From positions 186,001 through 250,000 of the IMG/VR virus record IMGVR_UViG_3300036944_001324: a stretch of DNA of 64,000 bases; one strand, given 5' to 3'. Positions 8,407 through 18,016 of this stretch are shown in pieces. How positions within the stretch are numbered: position 1 is the stretch's first letter; every line of letters begins with the position of its first letter. The notes under the pieces are model-generated. The model was not told the origin of the DNA. It worked only from the letters and a program-made list of their open reading frames with translations, and did not search any database. Position numbers and translations under genes: made by a program.

Positions 8407-9723
8407 ATGGATAAACTGACCTATTTTCTCAATGCGCTTAACGCGCAAGCGCATCACCAACGCAGCTGGGTGCTCCGCGCCTTCTCGTTGTTCCAAGAAG
8501 ACCCCGAGAGCTGGAAGAGTTCCTTGGAACCTTTTCGGTTAACACTCAGTCCCACGGGCTACGCCTTTGTGGACCCTTCGTCCAAGGACAAGCTCACCCC
8601 TATCGATCTCCCAGAAGGCAGTGTGGACCTCGCTTCCAGGCCTTTGTTCCATGCTTTCGAGACGGTTACTGCACCTGCAGGGTTTCCCTTCTTTCCTGAA
8701 GGCGGTATCACCACTTACGGTAACTTGTTGTTCAACGCTACCGTGTTCTCGGCAGTCGGTAATCGGCTTGGTGTTTTTAACGACTACGTTGACATCGGGA
8801 AGATCGAGAGCAAGCTTCCTGAAATTCTGGTGGATGATCCTGCGCCTGGTGAAACTGTTCCAGAAGGCAAGCTTTCTATTTCTGATCACATCCGTTTCTG
8901 TGATGCGGTCGGTTATCTCCAAGAATTCACGCAGCTGTTCACCCAGGCTTTGACGGAAAAAGCAATAACTCCGCCAACAGGCCTTGAGCAAAAGAAAGCG
9001 GAGATTCTTGAGAAGTACAAGGACAGCTTGAATGATCCACTCACGCAGACCAAGATCTACAGCGAGTTGGTGGCGTTTGACTCTGAATACTTGCGTGGTG
9101 ACCCAAGTGAGTTGTTCCTCATCTCTGCAAAGTCACGCAGCACCGTGCGGCGCAAGTTGTTCTTGATCCAAGGCGCTGAAGCTGGGTTGTCCAACTCTCA
9201 AGAACTTCCCCTCATTACCAACAGTCTGGTAGAAGGTTGGCAAAAGGAAAGCATCCCACAGATCATCGATGTTCTGCGCGCTGGCTCTTTCGACCGTGGC
9301 AGCGAAACAGAACTCGGTGGCGTGGAAGCCAAGTGGCTGATGCGCTCTACGTCCAACATTCGTGTGGTCTATCAGGACTGCGGAACGAAGATGGGGAAAT
9401 ACACCAAGGTGCTCCCTCACAACGTGCACAAAATGGTTGGACGGTATTACACCGCCAACGATCAGGTTGTTCTCATCGAAACTGCTGAGGATGCTAACAA
9501 GCTGGTGGGTCAAAGCGTCTTGTTGCGTGCTCCTCACTACTGCCGGCTTCCCCACACTGACTACTGCCATGTTTGTCTGGGTGTGAAGTTGTCTGCCAAC
9601 AAAGACGGGGTGTCGATGGCCGCTACTGCACGGGGTGGTGGTTTCCTTTCCATCTTCTTGGGTGCTATGCATGCCAAGGTCATGGAAAGTGCTGCGCTTG
9701 ACCTTGAGACGACCTTGACGTAA
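8407..9723 (+). CDS. multisubunit RNA polymerase beta' subunit, C-terminal part (virion RNAP, phiKZ gp80-like)
   Basis: GSFDRG.ET..GG bridge-helix region; QDCGT and LRAPHYC...YCHVCLG Zn site; trigger-loop-like AATARGGGFLSIFLGAMH; 438 aa. Confidence 0.88.
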   Translation: MDKLTYFLNALNAQAHHQRSWVLRAFSLFQEDPESWKSSLEPFRLTLSPTGYAFVDPSSKDKLTPIDLPEGSVDLASRPLFHAFETVTAPAGFPFFPEGGITTYGNLLFNATVFSAVGNRLGVFNDYVDIGKIESKLPEILVDDPAPGETVPEGKLSISDHIRFCDAVGYLQEFTQLFTQALTEKAITPPTGLEQKKAEILEKYKDSLNDPLTQTKIYSELVAFDSEYLRGDPSELFLISAKSRSTVRRKLFLIQGAEAGLSNSQELPLITNSLVEGWQKESIPQIIDVLRAGSFDRGSETELGGVEAKWLMRSTSNIRVVYQDCGTKMGKYTKVLPHNVHKMVGRYYTANDQVVLIETAEDANKLVGQSVLLRAPHYCRLPHTDYCHVCLGVKLSANKDGVSMAATARGGGFLSIFLGAMHAKVMESAALDLETTLT

Positions 9724-9737
9724 AGCATCCTATGCTC

Positions 9738-9766
9738 GAACCACCTATCGTACTGGTAGGTGGTTC
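9738..9766 (+). terminator. intrinsic terminator-like hairpin
   Basis: gaaccaccta/taggtggttc stem followed by ttt. Confidence 0.6.
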
Positions 9767-9808
9767 TTTCCATTCCTAGTTTTTTATTTTACATCAAGGA
9801 CAATTGTC

Positions 9809-10636
9809 ATGGGTAACAACCACCGCAAATCTTCCAAGAAAGCCGAACCAATGAACTCCGCATCGCAAGAAACCACCAAGGTTGACGACAGCGTCAAGAC
9901 CGACGTGCAAGAACAAGCCGTCACTGGTCAACAGCCAGATTCCGGCGCTCAAGGCGCTGGTGACCAAACCGCCCAACAACAACCCGACCAGTCTGGCGAA
10001 GGCACCGGTGACGTGACGACCGACGGCGACAGCGCCAAGGCCGAGCAGACGCCCGAGCCCACTCCTGAACCTACACCCGAGCCGACCCCTGCACCTACGC
10101 CGGCACCTGCTCTCGAACCTACGTCGGCACCGGCTGCCGCTCCCGTGCAAGCCGCTGACGTCCTGCGTCAAAAGACGGACTTCGAGCAGTACATCGACGC
10201 GGTGCGCGCCAATGCATCCCCTATGCTCCTGGGTGTCCTCGACAATCTGATCAACTATCAGAACGTCATGAGCCAGAACACCGTCATGTCCAATGAAGTC
10301 ATCACGCAGCAGCAGGGCGTTCTGTGGCGCTCCATCCGCACCGTGCTGAACTCGGCCGACGACTTCGAGCACGGCTTCCAATTGCTGATCAACTTCGCTC
10401 GCCAGTACCGTGAAACCGGTGCGTTCCAGCACCACCTGCTGTTCCGCGGCTTTGATTACACCAAGATGAACGCCGAGACCAGCAAGGCGTTCCAGAAGGT
10501 ACTGGCCATCATCACGGCCGCCGCCGAGCACAAGAGTCGCTCCACCGTGACCAAGACCATCGACCTGGCCCGCGCCATGGAAGGCTCGGTGTTCACCGAC
10601 GAAGCACGCTCGCGCGTGATCGGCTTCTTCAACTAA
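9809..10636 (+). CDS. hypothetical (probably virion) protein with a disordered N-terminus and a Pro/Thr linker
   Basis: Q/D/G-rich N-terminus, TPEP repeats and a helical C-domain; strongly C-biased codon usage. Confidence 0.7.
   Translation: MGNNHRKSSKKAEPMNSASQETTKVDDSVKTDVQEQAVTGQQPDSGAQGAGDQTAQQQPDQSGEGTGDVTTDGDSAKAEQTPEPTPEPTPEPTPAPTPAPALEPTSAPAAAPVQAADVLRQKTDFEQYIDAVRANASPMLLGVLDNLINYQNVMSQNTVMSNEVITQQQGVLWRSIRTVLNSADDFEHGFQLLINFARQYRETGAFQHHLLFRGFDYTKMNAETSKAFQKVLAIITAAAEHKSRSTVTKTIDLARAMEGSVFTDEARSRVIGFFN
10049..10144 (+). repeat. 12-bp (4-aa) tandem repeat TPEP/TPAP, about 8 units
   Basis: TPEP TPEP TPEP TPAP TPAP ALEP TSAP AAAP. Confidence 0.85.
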
Positions 10637-10646
10637 ACACCACAAC

Positions 10647-10687
10647 CGGCATAAACGAGAGAAGGCTAAGGCCTTCTCTCTATGCTG
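10647..10687 (+). terminator. CATAA/TATG-flanked hairpin
   Basis: gagagaaggc-taag-gccttctctc. Confidence 0.7.
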
Positions 10688-10710
10688 TCGTTATTTACAG
10701 GAGACAATAA

Positions 10711-11037
10711 ATGGATTTCTCTATCACTGATTTCGTGATTCGGTGGCCACAGACTACCAGGGGTTGGGTGGTATTCATCATGCCGTGGTTTATGTCAACG
10801 ATCACGATCTGGATGACCTATCTTACCGGCATCAAACACCGTAGTACATGGACGGTAGGTCTTTTTGGTCAGGTTTTGTGGACGGCATGGATCGTGATTT
10901 CTAAGTCATGGGAACTCACACCTGTGAACTTAACCCTATGGGTTTTGTACTACCGAAACCACCGCCTGTGGAAGCAAGACGTAACAGCTTCTCGGGATCA
11001 ACTTCAGTTTGTTAATTTGCATCCGCCACATCTGTAA
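10711..11037 (+). CDS. small multi-pass membrane protein (PnuC-like repeat); holin candidate
   Basis: About 3 hydrophobic segments with a W..GL.GQ.LW motif; GGAG RBS; immediately upstream of the endolysin. Confidence 0.55.
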   Translation: MDFSITDFVIRWPQTTRGWVVFIMPWFMSTITIWMTYLTGIKHRSTWTVGLFGQVLWTAWIVISKSWELTPVNLTLWVLYYRNHRLWKQDVTASRDQLQFVNLHPPHL

Positions 11038-11085
11038 GAAAATCGGGTGTGAATCTGAAACCATTTTTGATGAAAGATCATCCCC

Positions 11086-11886
11086 ATGCCTGAACTGTCT
11101 AAAAATGACCGCGTCTTAGCCCAACGCGCTCTCAACGAAATCACCAGCTCGCAACTGAACACGGATGGTGTTTTTGGCCCTATGACCAAACGAGCTATCG
11201 CCAAGCTCTGCCAGCAATACGCCATGCCGGTTGTTGAAGAAATCAACGACAATGTCTGGGCTATCTTGAGCGCTCACATTGCTGATCGCTTCATTCGCAA
11301 CGAAGACATCATTGCTGCAGCTCGCGGTGTTGGTGTTTTGCCATCTATCGTGTTTGCCCTGTACCAGGTCGAGAGCATCGGTGTTGGTTCGCTTCCTGAT
11401 GGTCGGCCAGTGATTCTGTTTGAACGTCACAAGTTCTACCAGTTCGTCAAGTCCCGTCTGGGTGAACGCACTGCTGAAGAATGGAAATCCAAATACCCCA
11501 ACCTGTGCCACCCCACTTGGAGCCAAAACGCTTACAAGGGTGAAGAGGGTGAGTGGACGCGCCTGGAGCAAGCTCGTACACTCGATGCAACGTGCGCTCT
11601 CATGAGTGCGTCGTGGGGTTTGTTCCAGATCATGGGTTTCAACTTTGCGCTGGCTGGGTACAAGGACGTGCAGTCTTTCGTGGAAGCCATGATTGCGTCT
11701 GAACGCAACCACTTGAACGCCGTTGTGATGTTCATCAAGAACCAACCTGCGTTCTTCAATGCATTGAAGTCCCGCGACTACAACACGATCGCTCGTTTGT
11801 ACAACGGCCCTGCGTACGCTACGCACGGCTACCACACACGTCTGCGTAACGCCGACCAGCTCAATCTTCAGTTCAATAATCAGTAA
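11086..11886 (+). CDS. modular endolysin: N-terminal peptidoglycan-binding domain plus DUF3380 N-acetylmuramidase
   Basis: DGVFGPMT (PG-binding); VES, ILFERHKFY, SASWGLFQIMGFN and ARLYNGP motifs. Confidence 0.9.
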   Translation: MPELSKNDRVLAQRALNEITSSQLNTDGVFGPMTKRAIAKLCQQYAMPVVEEINDNVWAILSAHIADRFIRNEDIIAAARGVGVLPSIVFALYQVESIGVGSLPDGRPVILFERHKFYQFVKSRLGERTAEEWKSKYPNLCHPTWSQNAYKGEEGEWTRLEQARTLDATCALMSASWGLFQIMGFNFALAGYKDVQSFVEAMIASERNHLNAVVMFIKNQPAFFNALKSRDYNTIARLYNGPAYATHGYHTRLRNADQLNLQFNNQ

Positions 11887-11937
11887 AGGGAATCTTCTGA
11901 TTCCTTTTTAGTCATTCTCCCATAGGAGCTATTTCTC

Positions 11938-14900
11938 GTGAGTACTATTTATCTCGGAACCATCGATGGTGGTGGTGACGGTAAAGCCTTGTTGCTTGCC
12001 GCTATCAATGCGGCGCAAGGCACCAACTACACACTGGTTGATTGGGATTTTGGCATCCCTGAACTGGTGACAGTTCCGCAGCCTACACACAACTCCAAGG
12101 TGGCGTTTGGCCCCAAGGAAGGCACAGGCGCTTACGGTGTCAAGACCATCTACTACAACCGGATTCACGCCAGTGAACTCGGTAACGTCATTGTTCCGTA
12201 CTCCGGTGAGATGTACATCACTGACGTGCTCGCCAAGATCAATGAGAAGTACGGTATCCTCATCAAGCCCGAGGACATCTACGACGCTGTGATCCCGGTG
12301 CCTGGTGGTGGGCAAAACCAAGTGCAAGTGAACTTGGAATTCCGTCCGGAATCCATCATCTTCTACAACGCGGTTCAAATCCAAATCGGACAGAACGACC
12401 CCACTGGCGACACGGTGCCTACCGCTCCTTTTGAAGCGTACCACACCTTCATGTTCAACCAGGCTCAGAACTTCGAGATTGGTGGGACACCGTACGTGAC
12501 GCTGGAGCCTTTCAGCCTTGCGGTTGATCGCGACCGGACGCGCCAACGGGTGGGTTTGATGCGTGACAACACGTTCACCAACAATGCGTCCGCTCACATT
12601 CGTGAGCGCATGACGCTCGCACAGTTCGAAGCTCGCAAGGATTACCTGCCTTTCGTGGGTATGTGGCTTGACGACGTGAGCAAACGTCACTACGCGGTCA
12701 ACCCCGTCGGTGACGTTTACATGAGTGAGTTGAACGTTGATGGTTGGGAGTTCGTTGCCAATGCGCTCGGTTACGACAGCACCGATCCAACGGTTGTGAG
12801 CAACGGGTTCAACAACCCCTACGTCAAAGCTGTGACCACCGACGCTAACGGCGTGACGTGGTTCTTGGCATTGGGATCAGATGGTCTGCCGCGTGTTTAC
12901 AACACGAGCACCAGCCATTCAGTCTGGACACCTATCGCTACGCAGACGCTGCGCATGATCTCGCTCAAAGCTGCGGCGTGGAATAGCGTGAAGGTGCTCG
13001 ACGCACTTCACATCGACAACAAACTGCATTTGCTCATTCGGGCAGGCGAGCAGTACGACATCCACCCGAACAAGAGCCGTGATACTCCTTCTGTGGAAAT
13101 CATCTCCACCAACGGTGGTGGTGTGGACTACTTCCCTCTGGGTGCAACGCTGGCGCAGTACTCCGGTATCGAGCTCGACACGGCTTCTACCGATGGTCAT
13201 TGGACCTTCGTGTCCCCGCGCGCTGGCGCTACGGTGGTGGACATCGCTGCATTGCTTCCGAGCAAGGTGAACAACAACACTTACGCAGTGTTCTACCGGC
13301 ATGTTGCAGGTAGCGAATACGTGGCTTCCATATTGCCTCATTCCTACCTGGGTGATTCGAGCGTTCGCGGCGAGATGAGCCTGCGTGCTTACCAGCTCCC
13401 TCTGGACGACATCCCTGCAGAAGTCGGTGGTGTTCCCGTGACCAACCACTACTTGGACGTGGTGGAGATTGTGGCACCTACCGAAGTAGCTGACTTCAAT
13501 CACTACTTCTTGAAGACCGGTACTCGCACACAGCTGAACTTCCTGTCCTACGGTGTGAAGGTGTTGACGTCGGTGGCTACTCGCACTGCACGCGCTCCTT
13601 GGTTTGAAAGCCAAGTGAACCTGACCTCGTCGCAACAACCCGTACAAGTGGTTGTACAGTGCAAGGGCCTTCGCAACCATCTGTTGTTCCAGAACGCAGA
13701 TGCAGTGCACCGGTTGTTGTTCCGTCAGAACAACAGTCAAACCACTTTCTCTGCCGAGGTGGATAGTTCCATCAAGTTGGCCGGGCATACGGGGTTCTCC
13801 CATGTTTGCACGAATGCAGCTGGCGTGTACGTACCGCCAGCCGTGATTGACTCTCCGCTATTGACAACAGCCTTGACGGTTGATCAGGACTTCGAATCGG
13901 TGTTTGCGGATATCAACTATTCGTTCACCGCCAAGGATGCTACCGACAACTATCGCTGGTACACAGCGACAGCAACCAACCAGCCTTTGGCCTTGCGTAC
14001 CCCAAGTCGCAATTACGCCTTCATGGGTAACGCGCCATGTTTTGTTGGGTCTGAGAACAACGAGCTGATCTACTGGGCGCCTGGCGGTAACGGCGTGTTC
14101 CGCAGCACCAACAAGGGCAAGAGCTGGCAAGAGTTTGCGGCTGCTCCTTCGTTCTACAGCCAAGAGCGTACTCCAACCTCTTTGCTGAACATCATCGGAG
14201 CTGCCAGTCTGCGTTTGCGCCCTGAGCACTTCCTTGAGAGCACCTACGTCAGTGGTGTTCTGATGGTTGAGACGAAGATCAATGAGCCGGTCGAAGTCTA
14301 CGACGTCAACGCTGAGTTGACAAGTCGTGCTACCACCATGGCTGACCACATTCTCTATCGGGTGCAAGCCGGTGACAAGACCTACGTAGCATCAACACCA
14401 CAGACTGGTTACGGTATCAACGCACTGAGCACGTACTCGCCTCGCCGCATTCTGGGCTGGGATACCGATGCGGCTAACAACTTCGAGACCATCGGTCAGT
14501 ACACGACGACGCCAGCCGCGCCGTACGCTACACCGCACAACCTCGACAACTACATGTTCAACATCACTGGAACACTTCGTGATTTCAGTCGTGATGCCAA
14601 GTACTTGGGCTTCCGTCACTGGGTGCTGGTTGACGATGCTGATGTCTGGAGTCTGCACTTCACCAACGCGGTCCAGCCTGAGAAAACGATCGGGATGTTT
14701 GGTTCTGCCAACATCACACTCACTGCGTTCAAACCTGAAGTGAGTTTCCATCTGTGGGACTACTTGGATGCACCTCAGCAGTACATTCCGTATGTCTTCT
14801 ACGGCGGCAAGCGCATTGTCTTGCTTGAGCGTTTGGATGATTTGCTTGACTTCACTGCCACGCAGCACATCCTGAACATTCCGGGTGACAATGGGAACGC

Positions 14901-15312
14901 TTTGGTTCCTGTCCCGATGCACAATGCCAATCGTCGCGATTACTTGCTGGCTCAGAAGGCCAACGGTATCTTCCGTGTGACTTACGTATGGGACGGTATC
15001 AACAAGGTGTCCACGATCGATCTGGAGAAGATCTTTGACCTGGCAGCTGGTGGTCTCAATACCCTTGATATCATCTCCGGTACTCGCACCGGCGTTGCGT
15101 CTCAGAACGCACCGCTTGAAACCATGATCCCTGATCAACTGCCTGAAGGTACTGAGATCGGCTGGTACTGCGTTGGCGTGGATAAACACACCCGCTTTGC
15201 TGATGGTGCTGGTGGTTACACCGAAACTGTTACTGTCGACAGTGCCGACTGCGGCTTCGTGCAGTCGATGGTGGTGGGTGACGGCTCTGGCATCTCCGGA
15301 GGTGAGGGTTGA
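11938..15312 (+). CDS. large tail/baseplate-associated structural protein (tail-fibre-like)
   Basis: N-terminal LAAINAA..DFGIP..YYNRI anchor typical of jumbo-phage tail proteins; Asp-box FRSTNKGKSW; C-terminal C.G.D...ADGAGG...CG motif. Confidence 0.7.
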   Translation: MSTIYLGTIDGGGDGKALLLAAINAAQGTNYTLVDWDFGIPELVTVPQPTHNSKVAFGPKEGTGAYGVKTIYYNRIHASELGNVIVPYSGEMYITDVLAKINEKYGILIKPEDIYDAVIPVPGGGQNQVQVNLEFRPESIIFYNAVQIQIGQNDPTGDTVPTAPFEAYHTFMFNQAQNFEIGGTPYVTLEPFSLAVDRDRTRQRVGLMRDNTFTNNASAHIRERMTLAQFEARKDYLPFVGMWLDDVSKRHYAVNPVGDVYMSELNVDGWEFVANALGYDSTDPTVVSNGFNNPYVKAVTTDANGVTWFLALGSDGLPRVYNTSTSHSVWTPIATQTLRMISLKAAAWNSVKVLDALHIDNKLHLLIRAGEQYDIHPNKSRDTPSVEIISTNGGGVDYFPLGATLAQYSGIELDTASTDGHWTFVSPRAGATVVDIAALLPSKVNNNTYAVFYRHVAGSEYVASILPHSYLGDSSVRGEMSLRAYQLPLDDIPAEVGGVPVTNHYLDVVEIVAPTEVADFNHYFLKTGTRTQLNFLSYGVKVLTSVATRTARAPWFESQVNLTSSQQPVQVVVQCKGLRNHLLFQNADAVHRLLFRQNNSQTTFSAEVDSSIKLAGHTGFSHVCTNAAGVYVPPAVIDSPLLTTALTVDQDFESVFADINYSFTAKDATDNYRWYTATATNQPLALRTPSRNYAFMGNAPCFVGSENNELIYWAPGGNGVFRSTNKGKSWQEFAAAPSFYSQERTPTSLLNIIGAASLRLRPEHFLESTYVSGVLMVETKINEPVEVYDVNAELTSRATTMADHILYRVQAGDKTYVASTPQTGYGINALSTYSPRRILGWDTDAANNFETIGQYTTTPAAPYATPHNLDNYMFNITGTLRDFSRDAKYLGFRHWVLVDDADVWSLHFTNAVQPEKTIGMFGSANITLTAFKPEVSFHLWDYLDAPQQYIPYVFYGGKRIVLLERLDDLLDFTATQHILNIPGDNGNALVPVPMHNANRRDYLLAQKANGIFRVTYVWDGINKVSTIDLEKIFDLAAGGLNTLDIISGTRTGVASQNAPLETMIPDQLPEGTEIGWYCVGVDKHTRFADGAGGYTETVTVDSADCGFVQSMVVGDGSGISGGEG

Positions 15313-16355
15313 GTTGGAACTTAACTCTTGGTGATTACATCGGGGTGGAACTTCCGTTTACGGAGCCCCCCGAGATCGTGATCCCACTGGATGTACAAGT
15401 AGACTTCCCTGACGCTTCGCCGATGGGGGTCTACGTGTTTCCAGCCCTTTACTATGAACTCTACGGTCCCAGTATTGATCCAGCTCCACGGTTGGTGAAT
15501 CAAAACGGGGCCCTAGGAGGGACCATCAACATCGAGCCAGGTGCGTTGAAGACCCGCATTTATTTGCGGTATTCTGCGCAGCCGGGAGCACTCGGTACGC
15601 TACCGCACGGTGATATTCGAAAGTCACTGTTGACGGTGCGACCTGGTAGTGGTGCTTCCATTCCTTCTCTTGGTGAACGTGTTCACCAATTGATACTGGA
15701 TGTTGGATCTACACGCATCACGTGTATTGATGGTACTGGACTGAGTGTGCCGCACATGACCAATTACACGGAGTTGGAACCAGTTGTTTCTTTAGAGAGT
15801 TTCGTCTATAGGGGGTTCAACGCCAACTATTGGGCTAAATTCGTTCTGACTGAACCACCGGTTACTGATTTGGCTTTGCGAGTGGTGGCGTACACAGCCG
15901 CTAGCACACTCACCCCACAGATATCTACTAACAGCACTAATGCCGCTACAAATGCGGGTACTTTTCATCACGCACATCTTTCATTAGGCGGTAGTAATGG
16001 AACGATAGCGGCGGGTGGTTGGACGTTCACACAAGACGCTAACGGTGTGATTACTCCTTCTGTTACTGTTCCTGGAATGACAATTGTGAACCGGTTGGTA
16101 CCTGCTGGAACTGTGGCAATCTTCCACAAAGGCGTGGCCTCAACTGCTTCGCTGGATACATTCCTTGCAGGTATGGGTACTAACCCAGTCGGTTACAACT
16201 ACTTTCGGTATAATCTGGAATCGGTTAACCAACCGCAAGCCTACCGTGGTAAGAACTGGAGAATTCCAGTTTACACGTTCATGCATTCTTTCTTTGCTGG
16301 ACGTGAGGTGACTGAAGCGCCATGGTTCTCTGAGATCACGGACTACGGTCTTTAA
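15309..16355 (+). CDS. putative tail-associated protein
   Basis: TTG start overlaps the upstream TGA; Thr/Gly/Pro-rich with a beta-type pattern. Confidence 0.55.
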   Translation: MSWNLTLGDYIGVELPFTEPPEIVIPLDVQVDFPDASPMGVYVFPALYYELYGPSIDPAPRLVNQNGALGGTINIEPGALKTRIYLRYSAQPGALGTLPHGDIRKSLLTVRPGSGASIPSLGERVHQLILDVGSTRITCIDGTGLSVPHMTNYTELEPVVSLESFVYRGFNANYWAKFVLTEPPVTDLALRVVAYTAASTLTPQISTNSTNAATNAGTFHHAHLSLGGSNGTIAAGGWTFTQDANGVITPSVTVPGMTIVNRLVPAGTVAIFHKGVASTASLDTFLAGMGTNPVGYNYFRYNLESVNQPQAYRGKNWRIPVYTFMHSFFAGREVTEAPWFSEITDYGL

Positions 16356-16360
16356 AGTGT

Positions 16361-16431
16361 AAAGGTCCTGTTCGAGAGAGCAGGACCTTTATGCCGCCTA
16401 AACGGCATAAAAGCAGGCCGTAGCCTGCCTT
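16361..16431. terminator. back-to-back hairpins terminating convergent genes
   Basis: aaaggtcctg/caggaccttt, then ttatgccg...cggcataa, then gcaggc/gcctgc. Confidence 0.7.
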
Positions 16432-16435
16432 GAGC

Positions 16436-16825
16436 TTATTCAGTCCCTGGTAGGTCTGGAAGTGGCACAGATTGCCCTGCGAGACTGTGAGTGCAATCGG
16501 TGAGGAATTGGATAATTCCATCAGTTACATACGAGTGACAATGGATGCACTCGAATCCATCCTCGGCTTCTTCCGGATGTTCTTTGTTGTACGTGCACCA
16601 GCATGAAGAGCCTGGTTTGTGAGAACTCATGTAATGCCCGGACTTCACATCCACGCTAGGGAAGAACGTAGGTGCGTCTACGTTTTGATTCCATTTCCAG
16701 CTGTCTTTGGTACCTGATTCGATAGGCACAACGTGGAAGTCCTTGCAACCTGGACAGAAGAATGCAAGTGATCTTTGTCCTGAAGGCGACTGTAGGTTTC
16801 TAAGTTTGCTCGAAAGTCTTCCCAT
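16436..16825 (-). CDS. DUF6527-like putative metal-binding protein
   Basis: CPGC..H, W.WN...PTFFPSV, CHSYVTDG.IQF..DC.H.LAG motifs; GGAG RBS. Confidence 0.65.
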   Translation of the reverse strand: MGRLSSKLRNLQSPSGQRSLAFFCPGCKDFHVVPIESGTKDSWKWNQNVDAPTFFPSVDVKSGHYMSSHKPGSSCWCTYNKEHPEEAEDGFECIHCHSYVTDGIIQFLTDCTHSLAGQSVPLPDLPGTE

Positions 16826-16874
16826 GTGTAACTCCTAAAAAGTGAAATCTATTCAGAAGATTCAAAACTTTTGA

Positions 16875-16887
16875 AGTGATACATTAT
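16875..16887 (+). promoter_or_regulatory. putative phage early promoter motif (RGYVAYAYAT)
   Basis: One of 7 similar copies upstream of accessory gene blocks (others at 26495, 30203, 31742, 33585, 38705, 53686). Confidence 0.45.
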
Positions 16888-16957
16888 ATCTTGGTACGGG
16901 TGATGAATCACATGAGGCAAGTTCGTTTTTATACCAACCAAAGACAAGGTGCAAACC

Positions 16958-17521
16958 ATGGGAATGAAAAGAGTTACGGTAGCCAATGTACGCAAGTTCT
17001 CTATCGCAGGTCACATTGTGGATGTACCGATGTACGTCCATCGCAACGTGTCCCAAAGCGGTTGGACAGTCAGTATTGCTGGCATCAAGAAGTACTTTGG
17101 TGATAAGGCATACGGCGGCATGATGCGTGCGCTTGGTGCTGCGAAAGTGTTTCTCGCTGAAGTGGTGCGACAAGACCGTGATACCTTGCTGCAGTACGCT
17201 CAGATCAACGTGATCGCCTACTCGCCCAAGGATGGTAAAAGTGTCGTCCATGCTTCCTTCAAAGACGCCACAACCGGCAAGGATATTATGTATCAACTTG
17301 GTTCAGTAGAACCAGGTATTGATTTCTGGCCGCAGGTGAGCTTTGCTATTCAGGATGTCCCGGTGTGGTTGTCCTGTATCCACGTCAACTATAGCGAAGT
17401 ACTTGATGCATGGTTTTCCATGCATCGCAACCAGATGAACCATATCTACCATCGGGATGACTTCAAGAAATTCCTTGATGAAATTCTCTCTAAGGAACAG
17501 CAAGCTGAGCTTGCGTTCTAA
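16958..17521 (+). CDS. hypothetical protein
   Basis: ATG with AAGG RBS; the W.V.I...KYF.D...G pattern is reminiscent of AP2-like domains. Confidence 0.7.
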   Translation: MGMKRVTVANVRKFSIAGHIVDVPMYVHRNVSQSGWTVSIAGIKKYFGDKAYGGMMRALGAAKVFLAEVVRQDRDTLLQYAQINVIAYSPKDGKSVVHASFKDATTGKDIMYQLGSVEPGIDFWPQVSFAIQDVPVWLSCIHVNYSEVLDAWFSMHRNQMNHIYHRDDFKKFLDEILSKEQQAELAF

Positions 17522-17543
17522 CAACCGCTGAAAGGCAACGATT

Positions 17544-17993
17544 GTGACTGTTACCCGTGCAGACCTCGGACAAAAAGTCTACGAGGTCATGAGCTTGATC
17601 TTTACGCGCTTTACTGCGCCAACAGCGAAGGCTCCTTTGGATCAAGTTGTTGATTCACAAAAACGCTACGATGAGGCTGTGCTCGCTCTGCAGGAACTGT
17701 CGGGCTTTCGCGCTGGTACTCCTCCCTCCATTTCGTCTGAGGATTCGTCGCGTCGCATCAGTGCGCTGAACATGTTGACCAAAGACATCAAGGGCATGCT
17801 GACGCCTTTGATGAAGGGCAAACCCTACGTGATCGGTATTCGCTCTGAACCCGTGAAGATGCGCAACTCCGTGACGTACAAGGAATACGACATCCTTGCC
17901 ACTGTCACGGCCGAGAACAAAACCTTCATGTTCGCGATCAACGATCAAGGTCAGTACATCCTTTCGGACAAGATGTACTGGACAGCTGTTTAA
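17544..17993 (+). CDS. hypothetical protein
   Basis: Packed ORF with AAAGG upstream. Confidence 0.7.
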   Translation: MTVTRADLGQKVYEVMSLIFTRFTAPTAKAPLDQVVDSQKRYDEAVLALQELSGFRAGTPPSISSEDSSRRISALNMLTKDIKGMLTPLMKGKPYVIGIRSEPVKMRNSVTYKEYDILATVTAENKTFMFAINDQGQYILSDKMYWTAV

Positions 17994-18016
17994 CCAACCT
18001 ACTTACAGAAAAAGAA

